From: Octopus sinensis
Lineage: Eukaryota
DNA: 64,000 nt
Reading direction: 5' to 3'
Assembly (NCBI RefSeq): GCF_006345805.1
Contig: NC_043009.1
Span: 2,852,001 to 2,916,000 of the forward strand
Shown here in pieces: positions 52,249 through 64,000 of the stretch. Position 1 is the stretch's first letter. Every line of letters starts with the position of its first letter. The notes beneath the pieces are model-generated. The model was not told the origin of the DNA. It did no database searches and worked only from the letters and a program-made list of their open reading frames with translations. A program made the position numbers and the translations under genes.

Positions 52249-52639
52249 TCCTATATTTATTTACTTCTGTATGCATGTACCCTTGTTGTGCTTCTTTGCT
52301 ATTTGTACATTTTTTTTCTATTGAATGTGAAAGAGATAAAGCCTAGCAAGAAAATCTCCACAGCGTTGCTTTTCGGTCATTGTACATTCCTGTACTTGTG
52401 ACATACCAAGTCACATGCTTACATTGTTGCTATCGCCATCAAAAATATAGGCAACTAGTGGATGGTCTGCTGAAAACGTTTAATTAGTTACACCATCGTT
52501 CATCAACTTTGCGTCTGATAAACACAAAACCTTGGAGTGAATTGGAGCGTTTGATTTAGTTAATTTATTGCGCACATTGTAAATTATCAACCTTTCGATA
52601 TAGGTGTCACATATAGTGAAATAAAGATATGTAATTATT

Positions 52640-53175
52640 AAAGGAAAGAAAAAGGTCAATAAATACTTGCCATTACATTTTTAATCAATCAAATATGAAC
52701 CATGTTGTTGCAGAATGCGTCCCCATCTTTCCTTTAACTTGTAAATACACTCTTCCAGGAACTGAGATGGTTTCATGGCAAAGAATTCATCAAGGTATCT
52801 TTTTACGTCATCCAAGGAATTGAAATGTTTGCCATTAAGACTATTCTGTAGAGACGTGAATAAGTGGAAATCTGAAGGAGCAATATCTGGTGAATATGGA
52901 GGGTGGGGTAACACATCCCAGACGAGTTGCAGCAATTTTTGGCTGGTCCCCAAGGAATCAAGTGCCGAAAATGAACTTTCTTATCTTCCATTTTAAAGGG
53001 TTACAGAATTAACAAAGGTTATAGGAACATAAACCTTCTTTCACGAAAAGATAGCTTAAACTGTGCTCTAAATGGAGGTGTAGTCAAATCGTATTTTATG
53101 GACTCAACCATGTTCTAAAATAAGTCAAGAGGTAAGCTACTATAAAACGGCACGAACTTTCCGGACAACCAAATA
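52640..53175 (-). mobile_element. Internally deleted mariner remnant
   Basis: MEDKKVHFRHL is fused directly to KLLQLVWDVLPHPPYSPDIAPSDFHLFTSLQNSLNGKHF...WGRILQQHGSYLID*. One TIR, aaaacggcacgaactttccggacaaccaaata, ends near 53175; the other TIR was not found. Confidence 0.88.
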
Positions 53176-53756
53176 GTTGCATAATAGTTCCCCAACTGGT
53201 TTCAGACCTTACAGGATCTACTTAGTAATATTCTTAAATATGAAATTGTATTTTTTTAAATACAATTCTACTAGAATCTTCTATAACAATCCTTCCTTTT
53301 TTTCAGACATTAATAGCTTTCTTTCAACTTACATGTTATTTCACAATGATTGTATTTAGACTTATATGGAAAAACAATGGCGAATTTTTGGAAAATATAT
53401 TGCCGGTTATAGTTCAATCGCTACATCATTATATATAATTTAATTTTACAAACAATGCTATGCTTAGTCGATACATTTTATTTCACTCGACAAATCCTAT
53501 ACCAACCTATTATATTCACCATTTATACGTATGTTCTTCTCTTTGTTGTATATGTCACCTTATATTAAGAGGACTATTACAACAACAGTTTAACTTTCAG
53601 TTCTAATACAATGATTATAATACTGTCTTGCGGATGATTATTCTAAATATAACGACGTAATGTATGAGATGAATTTGCCTGTGTGTGTCACTCAGCTATG
53701 AATCATATGGAAGATACAAATCGAATGGAACCTAAAATCTATATTATTTCTTTTGT

Positions 53757-54205
53757 TAAGGTGGCGAGCGGGTAGAATCGTTAGCATATCGGGCAGTATA
53801 CTTAGCGGCATTTTGTCCACAGTTTGGTCCATCATAATTTCAAGCACCGCCGCGCTCGACTTGCCTTGTATTTTTTTGATCGATGAAATAAAATATCGGT
53901 TGATCAGTGGGTCAATGTAATCGACTTACTCATACGCTTACTTTGCTGGCCTTGTGTCAAATTTTGAAACCAATATTAACACTCATCGTGAGGCGACAGC
54001 CGGGCAGAATGATTTGCACGCCGGGAAAAAGGCTTAGCAGTATTTCTTTCAGGTTTACATTCTGTGTTCAAATTCCGCAGAGGGTGCATCTGCTTTCATG
54101 CTATCTCGGTCGATAAAATTACTACCAGTTGAAAAGTGAGATGGATCTAATCGTCTTCCCTTCTCCTTCAATTACAGCCCATGTCACAAAATTTGAAACG
54201 AATAT
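53757..54205 (+). mobile_element. Two decayed S1-type SINE copies
   Basis: aaggtggcgagcgggtagaatcgttagc and aggcgacagccgggcagaatgatttgcacgccggg heads. Confidence 0.7.
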
Positions 54206-54481
54206 TATTTCTTATAGTCATTATTTTACATTTAAATCTCACTTTTAGTTTCAGGGAATGTGAGAAAAGTATTCACTATTTCTTTGCATTTAGCACATTT
54301 TAAATTAGGGGGGAAAAAAACAATAAACCGTTTACTTCTTTACGACCACATGCGGATTAACGTCCTAAATATCTTGTTTTATACCGTATTAATGTTCATT
54401 TCCATAACATGTATAGTAAGTATTTATCCAGTATAAATATGTATTTCATCTATTCATAAATACGTGTCCAAATATTCTTTT

Positions 54482-54869
54482 TTACTCTAGGCACAAGGCC
54501 CGAAATTTTGGGAGGAGGGTCCAGTCGATTAGATCCACCCCAGTACGGAACTGGTATTTAATCTATCGACCCCTACAGGATGAAATGCAAACTCGACCTC
54601 GACAGAATTTGAACTCAGAACATAAGACAGATAAATACCTATATCTTTACTGCCCACAAGGGCTAAACAGAGAGAGGGCAAACAAGAACAGACAAACGGA
54701 TAAAGTCGATTATATCGACCCCAGTCCGTAACTGGTAATTATTTAATCGACCCCGAAAGGATGAAAGGCAAAGTCGACCTCGGCGGAATTTGAACTCAGA
54801 ACTAACGGCAGACGAAATACCGCTAAACATTTCGTCCGGCGTGCTAACGTTTCTGCCAGCTAGCCGCCT
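54482..54869 (-). mobile_element. Near full-length S1 SINE
   Basis: Reverse complement of the complete S1 body, including the internal duplicated block. Confidence 0.9.
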
Positions 54870-55663
54870 TTCATAGCCTCATAATCACCAGTCACACATC
54901 CTGGCTCCTATGTACATGAGTGGCGCAATCTATGCTAATCCTTCCATAGCTGACAACACTGTTTTATTTATTCAGCAAGTGAAACTGCACTCTGAAAGCA
55001 ACATCGTAGAATCGACATACAAAACCTTTGGCTTCTACTTGTTAATAATACACGATGAAAATATAAATATTAATTCATTTGTCACATAATTGAACAGCAT
55101 CTAAGATAATGTAATTAATTTATGAATGGACTATATTAGAAGTAATTAAACCTAACGCAAGTAATAGACAACTTCAGCGGAAATGTTGTAAGGTGAGATA
55201 TGCAAGGCACATAAAGCTCTACTTTTATTGGTAATAGTTTTATCGTAGACGAGTTCAAATTATACGTAGAAGAACAAATAGTTTCACGCATAAATGTTAC
55301 GTCTCTGTTTTGCACTCGCCAATAAATGCGCAACTTATGTACGGCTTAGTTTTCTTTGAACATAATTAGGTTATGAAGAAACAGTAATGTATGCATAATT
55401 GAATATAAACAGAATGAAGCAACACTAAAAGTGTATGTGTGTGTGTATAGATGGATAGATAGGTAGATATAAATATATATATGTTAATGTTCTTTTACTT
55501 GTTTCTCTCATTTGACTGCAGCCATGCTGGAGCCCCCCCCTTTATATCTACTGTAGTTTTTAGCCCCAGGAGGACACACTCCTCCAGCTGGCCATAGACA
55601 CACTTTGGTGTCCTGTCAGTATTTGCAAAGGGAAGTCATCCTTCCCGTCTTCAACTTATGATA

Positions 55664-55708
55664 CACACGGACCGAGTTTCGTCCGCGGTTATGACCTCGT
55701 CAGCGTGG
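55664..55708 (-). ncRNA. Variant hammerhead, family E copy 1
   Basis: CACG-CTGACGA-GGTCATAACCGCGGAC-GAAA-CTCG-GTC/CGTG. The core is intact; helices II and III differ from copy 2. Confidence 0.55.
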
Positions 55709-56009
55709 ACAATCATAGTTGTCGGCGAGAATTAGATTTCCTTCACAAATACTTATACTTTTTGCAGCGTCCACTGTCGCTGATATTGAAAAAGTGAATC
55801 AAACAATGATAATATCAGAGTGAGTTAATACAGTAGCTAACACATCGTGACGTATATTTGCCATCTCAATATGGCTACCCCTAAGGTGGATGCTACTGTA
55901 GTTTTTAGCCCCAGGAGGACACACTCCTCCAGCTGGCCATAGACACACTTTCTGTGTCCTGTCAGTATTTGCAAAGGGAAGTCATCCTTCCCGTCTTCAA
56001 CTTATGATA

Positions 56010-56054
56010 CACACGGACTCGAGTTTCGAGGTATTGACCTCTCGTCAGCGTGTG
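56010..56054 (-). ncRNA. Canonical minimal type I hammerhead ribozyme, family E copy 2
   Basis: CACACG-CTGACGA-GAGG-tcaata-CCTC-GAAA-CTCGAG-TC/CGTGTG: 6-bp helix I, 4-bp helix II, palindromic helix III ACTCGAGT, GUC triplet. Predicted cleavage between 56016 and 56015. Confidence 0.88.
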
Positions 56055-57224
56055 ACAATCATAGTTGTCGGCGAGAATTAGATTTCCTTCACAAATACTT
56101 ATACTTTTTCCAGCGACAACTATGATTGTCACACGCTGACGAGAGGTCAATAGGGGACAAATTTGTATTCATTGCTCAAGCATAATCAGCGGCCTTAGCA
56201 ACAAAAACCTATGTGAATAAGTCAATTTGTGTACAAATGTGTATCTATGTATATATATGTACACACGTATCCCATATGTTGCTACTTGTACGCACGCATT
56301 CAAAAGAGACTTATTTTTGTGAACGCGTATGCAGTCACGAATGTTACTGAAAATGTAGATATTCATGATTTGACTTATGCATATGTATGGATGCATTTGT
56401 TTCCATATCGGAAATTGTGTATGAACACTTATCACGTGTAAGCCTTTTCGCGATTGGTGCTGCGTTACTTCGGAACGTATCCAAGTTCCCTTATAATTAT
56501 AACCATAAATCTAAACGTAGAGTCCATGTGGACTGACTGCAACTTTCTCATTATTTCCGATTAGTGGATTTCATGTTCAGTATATGTTAACATTACGTTA
56601 ATATTTACTGGTGACCTGATTTCTTCCACTGCAAAATTACCTACCTCCATTTGTCTCAAATCAATATGCCTTCTCTCAAATGCTTGCATATTACTTCGGT
56701 CATGAGAGAAACATTCCACCAATAATCTTTCATATTATGCGCGATAATGTTCTCTATATTATTGTGGCTTCCTATAATTGCATTATGATGTTTTGAAGCT
56801 CTCTACATACTGCAATATACAGTATACTATCATCCACATCATGTCATACATATATATAGACAAAAGATAGATCAAGTTTTCTGATATATACTGATGATGT
56901 AGCGGTTTCCTCAGCTTAAATTCTTTAGAAAAATATTTCAGCTGTCGAATCTAGTTTGTAACACGCCCTGGTCTAATAGGTATTTTCATTACGACTAAAC
57001 ACCCTTCTAAGTGGTTATAGAAGAATACTAGTGTTATCTATTTTTGTTGTGTTTATACGATGCATATATGTATGTATGCTCATCAATGAATATATGTACA
57101 TGACGCCTACATACATACATACATACATGCGTAAGTAGCTAAATACATATACACATATATGTATATACCTATGGCGTTCAAATAAGGCCGCAAGCAAATG
57201 ACTGAAACAGGTAAAAGTATAAAA

Positions 57225-57304
<80 letters not shown>

Positions 57305-57358
57305 GATATATGCAGATATATGCAAAACATATTGTGTCTCTCTCACTCGATGTGTACG

Positions 57359-57405
<47 letters not shown>

Positions 57406-57524
57406 TATATCTATGTATATGTATAATATATATTTATAATAACATATATAAATATACATATATATAAATTATATATATATATATATATATAGATAGATAG
57501 ATAGAGATATAGTATATATATATG

Positions 57525-57573
<49 letters not shown>

Positions 57574-59462
57574 ATATTATATTATATTATATATGTAATA
57601 TATATATGTGAGTGGAAATATTCGAAGGACAAACGTGAGCCAAAGGTTTTAAGTATTTTAATAAAACGTTGTTGTTTAAAAAATAAACTGTCAGTAAAAA
57701 ATTACTCCCACAAATTCTGAAACCAAACATAATACGCGAAATAGCGTGAGTGATTGCTTCAATATTATTTGCATTTTCTATTAATATTCGTAACTCCAAA
57801 CTCAGCTGTAAAGCGGGATGTTTAATTTAGCTGGTGTTCCCTCATTAGGTAAAAACACTTAGAAACTATTCACGCAAAAAATGAACGACAGAGATTTTAT
57901 ACATACAAAGCCGTTTTTCAGAAATGCCGATATTGATATAAGTATATGTAGCTTATATAGAGGGAATCAATATCTGTAAGAATGGTTCAGTGGGGAAAAC
58001 AACAATTATCAGAGATCGCAGTGAACTGAGACCTAATGCCAATCAGAGACCTATAGATTGTTGATTATGAGTTTTCGTGCTATTCAAGCAAGAAATTATT
58101 GTATGTACAGCCAAAGATGTTGCTAGTTGGCCTGAGTTCAAAACTGAATGAGTCTACAATTATGACATCTTTGCTTTTGTTTCGTGCATTATATGTTATT
58201 TTTTTCCCTTTCATTTAATATCGATGTCATGTCGAATTATTTGCTAAAGTATCTCCACCTCTCGTTCTCTCTCTCCCTCTCCCTCACTCTCCCTCTATGT
58301 TTGTGTATATATATATATATATACATATATGTATATATACATACATATATACATATATATATACATATATATATATATATACATACAAATATATACATAT
58401 ATATACGTATATACATAGATATGTATATATACATATATATGTAATATATATGTATATATATGTATATATATTAAGATATATAATATATATATATATATAT
58501 CTATATATATATTATCTATATATATAGGTTTGTGAGTGTGTATGTATATGTATTTCAGCTACAGCCTCTCGCAAGTTTTATGTTCGTAGTCACGAATTCA
58601 GGAGCGCATATACACTTACACATGCAAGCATACACAGTCGGAACACAAGCGTACACGTATATACATTTACGCGTAAACATACACATATACACAAACTAAC
58701 AAATGCGTTATGATGCATTTCTTTCTTTCGTCTCCCAAACCAGCGAAACAATATTTATGAGCCAGCCATCCATACATCCATTACATCCAGCCAGCCATAC
58801 ATCCATTCTGTCTAAACTTTCTTTGCTCGGTGATCTTTACATTTCACTTAATGAATATATTTTTTCCAGTTATTTTACGTGTGATATTTGTTGCAAATCT
58901 GTTTTTTTCCCTCTTTTTAAACATGGATAGCGGTTCTTAAAAAGAAATATATAAGAAAAAATGTGAATGTTTAAATACGTAATTTGTTTTTAAATGGAAA
59001 TCGCTAAAAACAACCAACTCACTTAGTCATATCAGTTTTATAGTTTGCCGTTTAATTATCACGAAAAGCTCATTTTAACAACTAAAGCATGTAAGCAACT
59101 CGAACAAAAATTGATCTAATTCGGAACGTATGGCAAGTGATAATGATATTGCTTGTACATTTATATTGAGTTCTAAGATGCATGGAACGAGAGAAAAGTT
59201 TACAGAAATGCAGAGAGCGAAACGGTTTCGGTTCCAGATTGAACACAATTCTATTTATGCAACAAACAGAAGAGGATCGCAACAAACAGAAGAGGATTGA
59301 AGAGAAATAAAGCTGAGGAGCATATAAAAAATATGGTGTGAATATGTGTTTTATATTAATATATATATATATATATACTATATATATATACGTACGTACG
59401 TACGTATATATATTCACTGACTGTGCGGTAAGAAGCTTGCAATAGTTCCTGGTTCAATCCGG

Positions 59463-59538
<76 letters not shown>

Positions 59539-60222
59539 ACATATATGTATGTACACATACAACCACATATAAATATGCATATACACAAATGCATACTTGT
59601 ACGTGCTCCTTATTCACATTTATAAGCGCTCCTAATTCTGAGAAAAGAACTGAAAATTCTCAGAAGAGAAATGATAGTTCATAGGAGATAAAATGTTATG
59701 GGAAACGTGATTATTTGTGTTGTCAGAGTTTTGTCGTCCTTATGAAGGAATGGTAAACACGGTACATTCTGTCAACACTGACACTCCGAACACGTGCTTG
59801 CACTCGCTTGTTTACCATTTTTATTTGCTATATACAAAAATAGTTTCATGACGTTACCATGGAACGATACGTTCCATGTTAACGTCTTTTTAGAAACAGG
59901 TTCGTTGGACAATTTCAGGGTATATTTTTGTTCCATTTCACTGGTCGTGTCACCAAGCTTTGCGTTACATTCGAGATGCTCGTGTAGCTGTCAGCCAGTT
60001 TAATACACTCGGTACCCCCGAGAATTTACTAGTAACGTATGAATGCATTGGTGAAATTATTTGATATATGATACCGTCACCTTACGGTAGTCCTTATTGC
60101 ATTACGTCAATCTTGTGTATAAAACTATCGTTTAGGCTTCCTTTAAAAAAATAGCTCCATCAAGCTTACAGAGATTAAGATAGCTATGGTAACATGACAA
60201 ATTTAAGGATTAATAGATGCAC

Positions 60223-60259
<37 letters not shown>

Positions 60260-60690
60260 TGTTCCGGCACACGTGAGAGTGTCAGTATATATAAGTAGAA
60301 TAAGACATACATAATCCTTGGTAAAGTATTATATATTTCGTTAAATTATCAGAAAAGTAATTTCTTTTCGATTTTTCGAGTACACACACACAAAAGAACA
60401 CACATATATAAAATATATATATATGCATGTATGTGTGCGTGTGTTTTGTGTGTATGAAGCAGGGACAACTGAAGAAGGAGAATATTCTTCATGATGTATG
60501 TCTCGTTTCTCTGTCTGTTTTTTCGTTGTTCGAAGAAAAGTTCGTTTCTATGTTTTTGTTTTTATGTTTTCATTTATCATTGTGTTCAACGTTTTGTTTA
60601 TGTCCTGTACCCATATATGCATGTATGTATACATATATATGTAAGTATGTACATATATACATGTATATATGCATATATTTATATATTATT

Positions 60691-60733
<43 letters not shown>

Positions 60734-60787
60734 AGCATATATCTATCTATCTATCTATATGCAAGCACACACACACACACATACACC

Positions 60788-60891
<104 letters not shown>

Positions 60892-60896
60892 TACAT

Positions 60897-61010
60897 TAGG
60901 CTCGAAACGTAAAATAATTTTCTATTCTTGAGCGCTATACTAATACATTTGTTTGTTTGTACACCACCTGCCTTCGTCTTTTGTTTATTTTCGTAAACTT
61001 TCCATTTATT
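60897..61010 (+). mobile_element. Family A repeat, 5'-truncated within the helix II loop
   Basis: taggctcgaaacgtaaaa...ctatactaatacatttgtttgtttgtacaccacctgccttcgtc, directly after (TA)n. Confidence 0.7.
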
Positions 61011-61114
61011 ACATATATATATTACATAAATATTGGATGAACGAAATGAAATATCTATCATATTGTGAAATGATGTTAACATTAATATGCTTTCTACACT
61101 ATGTGAAAAGCCTG

Positions 61115-61545
61115 CATTTTTAGGGGTGGGCAAGACGGTTGCATCGACGCTAGTGTTTGAACAAGTACTTATCTTATCGACCCCGAAAGGATGAAAGGTA
61201 AAGTCGAACTCGGCGGAACTTGAACACAAAACGGATGATATACCGGCAAGCATTTTCTTCGGCGCGGTAACGAGTCAGTCAGCTCACTGCCTTCACTTTG
61301 ACATGAATATAAATATCGATAATAAGGTGGCGAGATGGTAGAATCGTTAGAACGCTAGTCAGATCTTAACGGCATAACATGCGTTTCAACGTGCTGAGTT
61401 CAAATGCCAATGAGGTCCACTTTGTCTTTCATAATTTGGGGCTCCATAAAATAAGAACTAGTTTTGTACAAAGATCGACGTAATCGATTAATCCCTTCAA
61501 CCGAAATTACTGGCCTTGTACTAAAATTTCAGGCCAATAGTATTA
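61115..61545. mobile_element. Two decayed S1-type SINEs (about 61115-61295 minus, 61323-61545 plus)
   Basis: tatcgaccccgaaaggatgaaaggtaaagtcgaactcggcggaa and aaggtggcgagatggtagaatcgttag. Confidence 0.75.
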
Positions 61546-61988
61546 TCGATTTTATTTTGATATTTAACATATGAAGCAATAAAGAAGTTTCGTTCCTTTT
61601 CTTAATTATTTACTGATGTGTTTTAGTTTCAATTTTGATCGTCCTTTTACATGGGAGACTGGACAGCGATATCGAGTGAAGCTTTGTCTTCATTACGTAC
61701 GAAATCTTCGCAGAATCGTTGATTTAATACGATAATTTAGGAGACTATTATCACATTAATATACAACCAAATGTCTAACTGTGTCGAAAATAATAGTAAT
61801 TCCATATGTAACCTTGGAAGCACAGAGACGATATTGTTGCCGCTTCAATGAGCAAACCATACCACATTGATGGTGGTTTGGTAGATTATATGCGTACGTC
61901 GTTATCAAACCAGGAATCCCTAGGACTGTGATAGGCGTATGCATATATTTATACGTGTATATGTATGTATGTAAATATATAAATTATA

Positions 61989-62022
<34 letters not shown>

Positions 62023-62064
62023 CATATACATATATATATACATATATACATATATATCTGTATA

Positions 62065-62106
<42 letters not shown>

Positions 62107-62150
62107 ATATATATACCATATATGTATATACACACAGTCATATATGTATG

Positions 62151-62189
<39 letters not shown>

Positions 62190-62215
62190 TATATATGCAC
62201 ACACAACATACATAC

Positions 62216-62255
<40 letters not shown>

Positions 62256-62984
62256 TATATATATATATATGTGTGTGTATACATATATATATATAGAGAG
62301 AGAGATATATAGGTATATATACACTTCATTGTGCGTGCACGTTTGATCGAAACTCAGAAATTATGTAGTTTAATGCATTCGTCTCGAATGAGAGGCAAAG
62401 CATTTTATAACTTCTGTGTATAAATCATTCTTTCCATGAACATTCCCACTCTGGATGAATTATAATGGCGCATATCACTAATTTCTGCACTTTTATCCTT
62501 ATCTATGAGCAAAACGTGTCACTGTTGCATTCTTTTCCGTGTACTGGGATACGAAGCCCAGCGTTGAATAAATGCCAAAAAATTAGGCTCATGTTTAAAT
62601 TCATGTCATTTTACAAAACAAACGAAACAGCCGTTAGTTCGTCACATGGTTTGTGAAATAAAACTAACTGGGTCAAAAATCAGCCATTATTATTTGATAA
62701 AAATGTGAGAGAGACTGACTGCATTGTGTAAACCTGGTTGATTTGTGTCTGAATGGATTTACGGAGAGACACCCTCGATGAGGATTGGCGTGAGGCCAAA
62801 TCACTACTACTAGTAATGTTGATAATGATAAGGCTGATGATGATGATGATGATGATGATAATAATGAAGATGATGATGGTAATGGTGAAAAGGTTTTCGG
62901 GGTAGGGACGATGCATACCCTGCGCAGAGACAGGTTTTATCCGACAGTTATAGTGTAGCTGACAACGGTTGGCTTACAAACGTC

Positions 62985-63140
62985 GTCCCTGTTGTTATCA
63001 GAACGATTTGGTTCAATACCAGGAAGAACCTGGAGAAACCTGAAGAAAACATCTGGAAACTTTGGAAACAACCTACAATCTTAGGACGCATATTGTGTAA
63101 AGTACTGACAGCTTAACGGCGGATGATGTGCGACTTCTTA
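62985..63140 (+). mobile_element. 3' end of an RLE-type (R4/Dong-like) non-LTR element, decayed
   Basis: Across frameshifts: PVVI..GSIP...KHLETLETTYNL...LGRILCKVLTA*, matching the RLE C-terminus (GALG...LQK..LLGTA.ILRKVL). Followed by (AAC/AAT)n. Confidence 0.6.
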
Positions 63141-63176
63141 AATAATAATAACAACAATAACAATAACAATAACAAC

Positions 63177-63245
<69 letters not shown>
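63141..63245. repeat. (AAC)/(AAT)n microsatellite
   Basis: Direct reading. Confidence 0.95.
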
Positions 63246-63250
<5 letters not shown>

Positions 63251-63330
63251 TCACCGTTTGATTCCAGCATCGTAATGAAAGAGGACGAAAAACAAAAACA
63301 AAATAAGGCAACCCCTTAAAATTTGAAATA

Positions 63331-63905
63331 GGAATAATTTGGAACATGAGAAAAGTATAGGGCCTGCCTAAAATACTTTGTGCATTGGGAACAATAAGCA
63401 AATTTATAGACAAATGGCTTCAGGAGATTGGTATAGAATGTCCGGTAGAGCTGCTTCAAAAAGTTTCTCTCTAAGGGACCTGCATAAGGCCTATACCACA
63501 CATTTGCTTCTCAGTTGTTTGACCTTAGTGGCTGATGATATGTGCATCTCTGATCACGGGCAGATGTAGTGGGCGAGCATCGTAGCCATGTGTTGAGAGG
63601 AATTCTTTGGGGTTTGCATAATTCCCCTTTGCTAACATGGGTGTTCCGTTTAATATCCTTAAACAACCCTTATTCAGGGGCCTTTTGAGCGCGATGGGTT
63701 ACTCATAAGAACAATCTAACTGGCCCCACCTGCAGGGACATGCGCTGTTTATCTTGATATGAGATCACCATATCACGCATACATGCTTGCATGCGATGCA
63801 TGTGTCTGCTGTACTGTATCAGACGGATGGTCATGATGGGTATACCGGGATTCGTATATTTTACCCCAATGTCAGTTTGATGGCACGCACTGCTCTCTCA
63901 CTCAC
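63331..63905 (+). mobile_element. Second RLE-type (R4/Dong-like) LINE 3' end with ~400-bp 3' UTR ending in (TAA)n
   Basis: WNMRKV...ILCALGTISKFIDKWLQEIGIECPVELLQKVSL*GT, then UTR to gcactgctctctcactcac-(taa)n. Confidence 0.7.
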
Positions 63906-63912
63906 TAATAAT

Positions 63913-63978
<66 letters not shown>

Positions 63979-64000
63979 ACTGATAATAACATCTTTATAC

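Larger units (their letters stand above)
55548..56152 (-). mobile_element. Non-autonomous HHR element (family E): 345-bp direct repeat plus a 39-bp inverted truncated copy at its 5' end
   Basis: ctactgtagtttttagcccc at 55548 and 55893; 56114-56152 is the reverse complement of 56032-56070. Confidence 0.88.

Noticed and set aside
34180-59990. Other acceptor-like sites with short open frames (about 34180 +, 41926 +, 46627 -, 59920 +)
   Set aside because: Early stops or weak donors, no recognisable peptide and no consistent chain.

Overview
A eukaryotic, very AT-rich and microsatellite-dense window, almost entirely intronic or intergenic. The SINE families look like those of Octopus (cephalopod); this is recall, not a database match. 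There is no complete protein-coding gene. Most ORF-track entries are translated microsatellites. Recognisable content: a decayed Penelope-like RT fragment, a decayed RTE-clade LINE, a Tx1/L1-clade LINE 3' end sitting in (TCTA)n, two RLE-type (R4/Dong-like) LINE 3' ends beside (AAT)n, four Tc1/mariner remnants plus a MITE, about 20 tRNA-derived SINE copies, and three candidate phase-compatible host exons (8589-17714, +). The main result is a set of short non-coding elements carrying minimal type I hammerhead-ribozyme (HHR) motifs, from several sequence families, all with a palindromic helix III. They are: (i) a ~557-bp tandem array that inverts head-to-head (19963-22409); (ii) a 677-bp palindrome of two apparently identical 328-bp arms, each with an HHR that has a 60-nt helix II (22464-23140); (iii) a 345-bp tandem with a canonical HHR and an inverted truncated 5' copy (55548-56152); (iv) a diverged monomer of family (iii) inside a mariner leader (about 11830-12100), sharing a covarying downstream RNA module at identical spacing from the cleavage site; and (v) dispersed ~170-bp copies in (TA)n. 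The architecture fits non-autonomous Penelope-derived or retrozyme-like elements. All folds were read by eye. Assembly artefact is not excluded for the perfect palindromes.
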